Part shown: positions 40,701 through 49,700 of the stretch, one piece after another
Numbering within the stretch: position 1 is the stretch's first letter
Layout of the letters: every line of letters begins with the position of its first letter
NCBI GenBank assembly: GCA_965263035.1
Contig: OZ253580.1
Span: 448,001-512,000 of the forward strand
Reading direction: 5' to 3'
Length of the DNA stretch: 64,000 nucleotides
DNA from: Acidobacteriota bacterium
GTDB taxonomy: Bacteria; Acidobacteriota; UBA6911; RPQK01; JAJDTT01
Made by a program: the position numbers and the translations under genes
The notes under the pieces: model-generated
What the model was told of the DNA's origin: nothing
The model's input: the letters and a program-made list of their open reading frames with translations, nothing else
Database searches by the model: none

Positions 40701-43700
40701 CGGGTCACGGTTCGCGTCTCATTGCCCCCGGCCACGGTGAAGTCGCTCGTGGCCGGTCTTGAGGACGTATTCAGGGGTTCGTTGTAGGTCAGCGTCAGCG
40801 TCGCCCCGTTCACCACTGCCGGATCGGTCAGAGCCGGCGCCACCGCGTCCACCTTGTGGCTCGAACTGGCCACCACGGCCGTATGGTCCAAGGTGGCGTC
40901 ATTGCCTGCCCCGTCCCGGATCGTCCCTCCCGCCCGGGACAACTGGTTCTCCTCGAGACTCACACCGTCCTCGTCGACGTCGTCCGTCACCACCCGATAG
41001 GTGAACTTCACCGCCCGGTTCGAGACACTCCGGTACTCCGCCGTGGGATTCCGGCTCCCCACTATCAATGTCAGTTCGGGAGTCCCCGTCACCACCACCG
41101 TCTCGTTGAACGTCACCGTCACTTCAATGGTGTCGTCCACGCCGTACGTCCGGTCCGACCCTGCACTCGAGGTGATCCGTACCGTCGACACCGTCGGCCC
41201 CGTCGTGTCTCCCGTCCGATTCGTGACGCTCCGGTTGCTCAGCCGGTCCGCGTCGTTGCCGGCCGTGTCCTGGATCGGGTTCGATCCCGGCTCGTAGCTC
41301 ACCCGCAGGCCGCTCTCTCCGTCCGTGACTGCCGAGCTCAGCGTCAGGAAAACGGCACTCCCGTCGACCTGGACTCGCTCGACCGTCCGGGTCTCGCTCC
41401 CTCCCGTCACGGTGAAATCGTCCGTCGACGGCTCCGGAGAGGTGGTATCCAATGGCTCGCCGTAAACCAGCGTCAGCGTGGTCCCGTTCACGACTGCCCC
41501 GTCGGACGTTGCCAGCACCGGCTTGACGCCATCCACCTGGTGCTGGTTATCGGCCGCCACCGGCGCGTGGTTCAGCACTGCGTTGTTCTGGGCCCCGTCG
41601 CGGATCGTGCCGCCTGAAAGGCGGTTCGCATCGATGCTCACCCCGTACGGGGCCGTGTCGCTCGAGACCACCTGGTATGCGAACCTCACGGCGGCGCCCG
41701 TGACATCCTGGTAGTTGGCCGTTCGGCTCCGGCCGCCTACGTTCAACGTCAACCGCGGCGTCCCTGTCACCAGGACAGTTTCGTTAAACGTGACTGTCAC
41801 TTCGATGGTCTCGCCGGCCGCATAAGTCTGATCCGACCCCGCGTTGGAGGTGATCCGCACCGTTTCGACCGTCGGCCCCGTCGTGTCTCCCGTCCGGTTC
41901 GTGACCGGTTCGTTGTTCAACTCGTCCGCCGCGTTGCCCACCACGTCCCGGATCGGATTCGATCCCGGCTGGTAGCTCAAACCGAGGCCGAACTCTGCGT
42001 CTTGCACCGCCGGGCTCAAGGTCAGGAAAACGGCGTTCCCGCTCACCTGGACCCGCGTGACCGTCCGGGTCTCACTGCCCCCGGTCACGGTGAAGAGGCT
42101 CGCCGCCGGTCTCGAGGACGAGTTCAGCGGCTCGCTGTAGGCCAGCGTCAGCATCGTTCCGTTCACCACCGCCCCGTCCGTCGTGGCCAGCATCGGGGGC
42201 ACGCCGTCCACCTTGTGCCGCGAATCGGCCGCCACCCCCGCGTGGGTCAAGGTGGCGTCATTCCGCGCTCCGTCGCGGATTGTCCCGCTCCCTCGCGACA
42301 GGCTGTCCGCGTCGATGCTCACCCCGTCCCGGTCCCGGTCGCCCGAGACGACCATGTACTCGAACTTCACGGCAGCTCCCGAGACGCTCACGTACTCCGC
42401 CGTCCGATTCTGGCCGCCCACGCTCAGCGTCAACCGCGGTGTCCCCGTCACCACCACCGTCTCGTTGAACGTCACCGTCGCCTCGATGGAATCTTCCACG
42501 GCGTAGGTTGAATCCGACCCTGCACTCGAGGTGATTCTCATCGTCTGCACCGCCGGTCCCGTCGTGTCTCCCGTGACGTTGGTGACCGGCCGGTTGCTCA
42601 ACCGGTCCGCATCGTTTCCGGCCGTGTCCTGAATCGGCTTCGCTCCCGTCCCCGTCGGGATCGTGTAGCTCACCCGCAGCCCCGTCTCTCCATGCTCCAC
42701 CGCCGGATCCACGGTCAGCTCCACTGCACTCCCGCTCACCCGGACTCCCGTGACCGACCGCGTCTCGCTCCCTCCCGTCACGGAGAAGGCATCGTTCCCG
42801 GGGACCGAAGACGAATCCAGAGTCTCGCTGTAAGCCAGCGTCAGCATCGTCCCGCTCGCAACGGCGCCGTCGGTCGTCGCCAGTACGGGTTTGATGCCGT
42901 CCACCTTCTGCCCCGTGTCGGCCGCCACCGCCGTATGGGTCCGGACGGCATTGTTCCTCGCCGTGTCCCGGATCGTCCCGCCCGACAGGCTGCCCGCCTC
43001 GATGCTCACCCCGTCCGTGTCGCTGTCGTTGACGGCCACCGTGTAGGCAAACACGACCACCGCCCCCGTGACGCTCTCGTAGGTCGCCGATCGATCCCGT
43101 TCCCCCACCTTCAGCGTCACTCCCGGGTTCCCGGACACCGTGACCGTCTCGCTGAAGGTCACCGTCACCTCGATCTCCTCGCCGATGCCGTAGACATCCC
43201 GGCCGTCCGGCGGATCCGAGGTGATCTCGATGGAAGTGACCGTGGGAGGGATACGGTCCGGCGTCTCGTTTATCACCGGCATGCTGCTCAGTCCGTCCGC
43301 GTCGTTGCCGGCCCGGTCTTGAATCGGCATCGCCCCCATCCCGGTCGGGACCGTGTAGCTCACACGGATCCCCGTCTCCCAATGCGCCACCGCGGAGGAG
43401 AGAGTCATATCCACCGCACTGCCCCTAAACGCGACACCAGAAACGGTGCGCGACGAAGCGCCCCCCGAGACGAAGAACGCGCTGGACGGCGGCATCGATG
43501 TCGAGTCCAGAGGCTCGGTATAGGTCAGCGTCAACGTCGTCCCATTCACCACGGCCCCGCGCGTCGGCGCCAACTCCGGCCTGATCCCGTCCACCTTGTG
43601 CCGCGAATTGTTCCCCAATGCGCGATGATCCAGATCGGCCTCGTTGTCCGATCCGTCCTCGATGGTCCCTCCATTGACCGACAGGCTATTCGCCGCGATG

Positions 43701-46700
43701 CTCACGCCGTTGGTGTCCACGTCGCCGGTGTCCACCCGGTAGCGGAACAGCATCTCCTCGTCGGTAACGCTCTGGTAGTCCGCCGTTCGATCCTCGTCCC
43801 CCACCCTCAGGGTCAACTCCGGCGACCCCGTCACGAAGACGTCCTCGCTGAAGGTCACCGTCACCTCGATCACATCCCGGATCGCGTAGGTTGAATCCGA
43901 TCCCGGGTCCGACGTGATCTCCACCTTGCTGACCGTCGGATCCGTCACATCCGGGATCGGCACGACCACCGAAACCCGCATGCTTCGGCTCGCTTCGCCG
44001 CCATTGATCGCGGCCGCCACCTGATAGACATAGGTGGCGCCGGTGGTCACGTCGGTATCGACGTAGGTGCGGCTTGAAGTGTTCTCAGAGATGATCTCGA
44101 CGGTGCTTCCGGAGGTGCGGTAGAGGTTGTAGGTCACATTCGAAACGGCGGACCAGGTCAGCGTCACCTGGCCCAGCGCGGGGGTCGCCATCAGGGCCGG
44201 GCTGGTTCGAATCTGTTCGCCGAACTCCTGCCACGTCGCCCCCCCGACCCCATTCGTGTCCACTGAAAGGACCGGGTACTGGCTGGACGTTCCGAAGACC
44301 CACGGGTCATCGTTCATGCTGTCGCCGTTCAGGTCCAGGTTCCAGTTTTGATAGATGCCGCTGGTGTCCGTGGGCATCTGTAACGCTGACGTGTTCTGGG
44401 GTTGACCGTAGGATCCCGTGGTGCGCCCCGAGGTATCGCTGTCCCAATAGCTGTCGGTGATCCTGCCGCTACCGCTGTTGCGGCCAACCAGGCCACCGAT
44501 GGTGCTGCGGCCCGACACGAGGCCGGTCGCATAGCTGATGTTGACGTCGCCGGTGTTCCGGCCGATCAATCCTCCGGCCTCGAAATCCCCCACAACTCGG
44601 CCCGTCGCGTAGGCGGCGATCACGTCGCCGCTGTTGGACCCGATTAGCCCGCCGACGCGGTCGTCTCCCGTCACGTGGACGGTGGAGTAACTGACGGTCA
44701 CGGCCCCGTCACTCAGGTTGGCTCCGATGAGGCCCCCGACATCGTCGTCGCCGGACACCTTACCCGTGGCAAAACACCCGCTGACGGCGCCATCGTTGGA
44801 ACCCACCAGACCGCCGACCTGGTCCGTTCCCGTCACCTGGACCGCGACCATCTCCAGGTTCCGGATGACTGCGGACGACGTGGTCTCACCGAACAATCCG
44901 ACGTCGTTTCCACTACCATCGATAAACAGATTGGTGATGGTCCGCGCGTTCCCTTCGAAGATGGCCGCGAAGCTGCTGGATGAGTCACCGATGGGCACCC
45001 ACCCGGCTCCGCCGTTCCAGTAGTCGTCGCCCATGTCGACGGCGCCGCTGTTGTCAGTGTCGAAGTCCAGATCGGCGCGGAGTTCGTACCCCACGCACCC
45101 GAAGAGGCCGCCGCAGGCCAATTCATCGCCGGCGCCGGAGAAGGCCGCGATATACGTGGTATATCCGCTGCTCGGAAGGCCGTCACCGTCCAGGTCGTGA
45201 CGGACCGCATCGAGCTGCTCCAGATTGCTGATCTCGATGAGTCCGTCGTCGTCGGTGTCGTAGTCGGTGGTGGATGTCGAGAGCACCACCACCTTGAACT
45301 CCTGGGTCGAGCTCCGGTTGGACCCGTCGTCGGTGGCCGTCACCGTGATGACGGCATCCCCTTCGCTCAGCGGAGTCATCGTCAACCGCGTCCCCGAACG
45401 GGTGACCAGGACGACGCTCGTGTCGGACGAAGACACGCCGTAGGTAATCATGTCTCCCTCGGGGTCCACGAACGCCCCCGAAAACTCCGTCATGGCCGAG
45501 TCACCGACGAGGAGCGTCCGTTCCGGCAGGTACCCCACTGGCATCGGCGCCCCGTTTCCGCGCGCTTTCACCGTGACCCTCGCACTGCGTGTTGCCTCGC
45601 CGCCGGCGACGACCGCCGCGACCTGGTAGGTGTAGTCTTCATCGACCGTCACGTCGGAGTCGGTGTACGTCCGCACCGAGAGGTCCTCCGCCAGGGTCTC
45701 GACGGTGCCGCCGTCGACGCGGGTCACGGTGTAGCTCACAGTCGGCGCCGGCATCCACTCGCTGCTTACGGACACTTCGGTCCAGGTCACCACCACCTGG
45801 GCCGGATCGGGGGACCGCGTCGTCGAAGTCGCAGTCACGGTCGGACCGGACCGGAGCTGGTAGCCGAACTCCTCCCAGGTCGTATCGTCGTTTCCATCCA
45901 CGTCGACGGAAAGGGCCGGGTACTGGCTGGAGGTGCCGAAGTCCCAGGGGTCGTCCCTATCGTCGTCACCGTCCAGATCCACGTTCCAGGTCCCGTAGAT
46001 GCCGCTGTAGCTTCGGGGCGACTTCAACTGGGAGGTTGTCCTGCCCGAACCGGCCGACCCGGAACTATGGCCCGTCGTGCTCGTATCCCAGTAGCTGGCG
46101 GTGATGGTCCCTCCCTCTTCGTACCCCACCAATCCGCCGACATTGGAATTTCCCGTCGCAGGACCCGTGGCGTAGCTGGCGCTGATCTCGCCAATTGATT
46201 TGTTGTTTCCGACGAGACCACCCACGTCGGTATTCCCCGAGGCGCGGCCGGTGGCGTAGGCGGCGATGATCTCGCCTCGGTTGTCCCCCACCAGCCCGCC
46301 GACGTCGTCGTCCCCCGAAACGAGACTCGTGGAGTAGCTGCCGAGAATCGCGCCGAAGACATAGTTCATCCCCACCAGTCCGCCCACGTTGTCGTCCGAG
46401 GAGATCTGTCCGGTGACATAGGTCCCGCGAATGACACCGTTGTTGAAGCCGACCAACCCACCGGTGAGCCCGTCACCCGTCACATCGACCTCGGACAATC
46501 CGACGTTCCGGATGACGGCAAAGGCGAAGCCGAACAAACCCGATAGGACCAAACTGTCCGAATCGATGAACAGGTTGCTGATGGTATGCCCGTTGCCGTC
46601 GAAGACCGCGATGTACGGATTCCTCGCCGTGAAAAAGAAACCGCTGGATGTGCTGCCGTCCCCGCCGATGGGGACCCAACCGTCACCGCCGTTCCAGTAG

Positions 46701-49700
46701 TCATCGTCCGAGTCGACGTCGCCATCCCCGTCGGTGTCGAAGTCCAGGTCTGACGTCAACTCGTAACCACGGCACCCGTATATCTGGCTGCAGCCCATCC
46801 GTTCCACCGCATCCCCAAACGCCCTCTCATAGGAGGTCTTTCCATCGGCCACGGGCGTCCCGTCCCCGTCCAGATCGTGACGAACGGCATTGAGCCGCTC
46901 CAGCGTCGCAATCTCGATGAGCCCGTCCTCGTCGCTGTCGTAGTCGACCTCGGTGGCCGACCAGACCAAAACGGTGAAGCGCTGCGTGGCGGCGGTGCTG
47001 GAACTGGACGCGTCGGTGGCCGTCATCGTGATCGTCGTGCGGCCCGCGGCCACCGGCGTGACGGTCAACCGGGCAGCCGACCGGGTGACCGTGGCCACGG
47101 ATGTCGCCGACGAGGACGCCCCGTAGGTGAGCGTGTCGTTGTCCGGATCCCGAAACGACCCGGAGACGTCCACCTCCTTCGTGCTCCCACCGACACGTAG
47201 CGTCAGATCCTGCAAGGCTCCCACCGCCACCGGCGGCTGGTTGGCCGCGCCCACGATCACCGAAACCGGCCGGCTGCGAGCCGCTTCACCGCCGTCGAGC
47301 AGGGCCGCCACCCGGTAGGTGTAGGTATTTCCGGTGGTCACGTCCGTGTCGGTGTGCTGGCGCGACGTGGCGCCTTCCTCGACCGTCTCTTTCGTGGTTC
47401 CGTCGTCACGGACGAGGTCGTAGGTGACGTCCGGAGCAGGACTCCAGGGACTCGTCGACACCGCGGACCAGTTGAGGACCACTTGAGCTTGGCCATCGGT
47501 CGTTGTCGCCGTCAGGGTCAAGGCGGGCCGAACCTGGTAGCCGAATTCCTGCCATGTCGCGCTATGGTTCTCATTCAGATCTACGGCCAGAACGGGATAT
47601 TGGCTGGACGTCCCGAGATGCCAGGCGTCGTCGAGCTCCCCGTCCAGGTCAAAGTCCCAGTTCCAGTTCTCATAGATGCCTTCGTAGTCCGTGGGCGACT
47701 GCAGGGCGGCCGTGGTCTGGCCCGCCAAACCCACCATCTGAGATTCCGTTCCGTCGATCACGCCGTTGTTATTCACGTCGTCCTCACCGACGCCGACGCG
47801 TACGCCCGACGACTCGAGGTCCCAGTAGCTCCAGCGAAACGTGACGTCTTCGGAGACGGCGCCCACCAGTCCTCCCACCACCGCGTTGCCGGACACGGTT
47901 CCTGTGGCGTAGCTGGCCAGAATCAGGCTGCAGGCATTTCCAGCCAGCCCGCCGACGCCGCCGAATTCACAATCGTCCACGCCCGTTCTGCGGACCCCTT
48001 GGCCGGACACGTTCCCCGTGGCGTAGCTGGCCCGGATGGGATCGTTGGAGGACCCGACCAACCCGCCGACCGCGTGGTCTCCGGAGACGTTCCCGGTGGC
48101 GAAGCTGCGGATGATCCAGCCGTCGAACTGATTGCCGACCAACCCGCCGACCGCTTCGGTTCCCGATACCCCTACAGCGGCGGTGCTGTCCACGACGAAA
48201 CTGTCCGACCAACCCACGAGGCCGCCCACGTCATCTCCGCCGGAGACCTGACCCGTGGCCCGGCTGCGAACGATCAGTGCGTCTTCGACCTCACCGGCCA
48301 GACTGCCGACAAAATCGTCACCGGTCACGTCCACGTCGACCAGATCGACGTCCCCTAACGCGGCCGTCTCGAACACTCCACCGTCGACGCGGCCGAACAG
48401 GCCGACTCGGTCCTCCGAATCCCGGTCGATGAACAGGCTTGTTATGGCCTGACCGTTGCCTTCGAATATCGCCGTGTACGGATCGCTTGAGTCCCCGATG
48501 GGCTCCCAGCCGTCGCCGCCGTTCCAGTAGGTGTCGTCTGAGTCGACGTCACCATCTCCGTCCGTGTCGAAGTCCAAATCCCCCCTCAGCTCGTATCCGA
48601 TGCACCGGTCGGGGCACCCCATGCTCTCCGCAGCCTCTTCGAAGGCGTCGTAGTACGTTTGCCAGTTGGTGCCATCCACCACGCCATTTCCGTTCAGGTC
48701 GTAGCGGATGGCGTCGAGCTGGGCCAAGGTGTTGACATCGATGAGGTTGTCGTTGTCAGTGTCGTAATCCCGGTTCCCCAAAACGACCGAAACCGAGAAG
48801 TCCAGAAACGCGCTCAGACCGTCCGGATCTGTAGCACGCACTAACACGGTAGCCGAGGTGGGACGCCGCGGGGTCACCGTCAGTTGGGACCGCGGGGAAC
48901 CCGAGACACTGACCTCCAAACGATTGTCGGTGGAAAGCGCCTCATAGGTCAGAGGATTGTTGTCCGGGTCGGTGAACTTGGTCGACAGATCTACGGTTAT
49001 GGGCGCGTCGCCCGGAGTGAAGGTCCGGTCGTCCAGCGTGCCCGTAGCGGTGGGCGCCCCGTTGCGGTCCGCCTCCGCCACATCGACGGCATCCACGGCG
49101 CCCGGCGCCATGACGATGCCGGCACCGGAGTCGTGGTCGACCCCGGTGGCCTCGATATCGAGAGCGGACCCGGTCATGCCCATGAGGAGCTGCGACTGGA
49201 TGACGTTGCCGGGCCCGCCGGCCGCCTCCAGCATCAAAGCTCCGATTGCCGCCGCATGCGGCGCCGCGGAGGACACCCCGCAGAAGATCGAGAAACCGGG
49301 CGTCGCGGTGCGGACGCAGGTCGCCGCGGTGATGTCCGGTTTCTCCAACAGTTCCCCGCCGGTGGAGGAGAAATTTCCTACCGTGATGGGAGTGCCGTCC
49401 GGCTCGAAAAAGATTCGGCGTGGCCCGTCCGAGTTGGAGGTTCGGACCGATTCGGTCCCGTCGAAGACGCCGCCCGTTCCACCGGCGCTCTGGACGGCAA
49501 CCGCCGCGATGCTGATCGCGTTCTCCGCCGCAGAGTGGCCGTAAAGGTTGCCGGCGGTCGCGACGGCCAAACGCCCTCCGACGGTGTCCAGACGGAGGTA
49601 CCGATTCGAACCGGAGGACTTGACGATGACGAGCCGCGCACCCGAATGATCCTCTTCATCCGAATAGACGGCCTCGAACGGATCCTGGGTGCCGTCCTGG

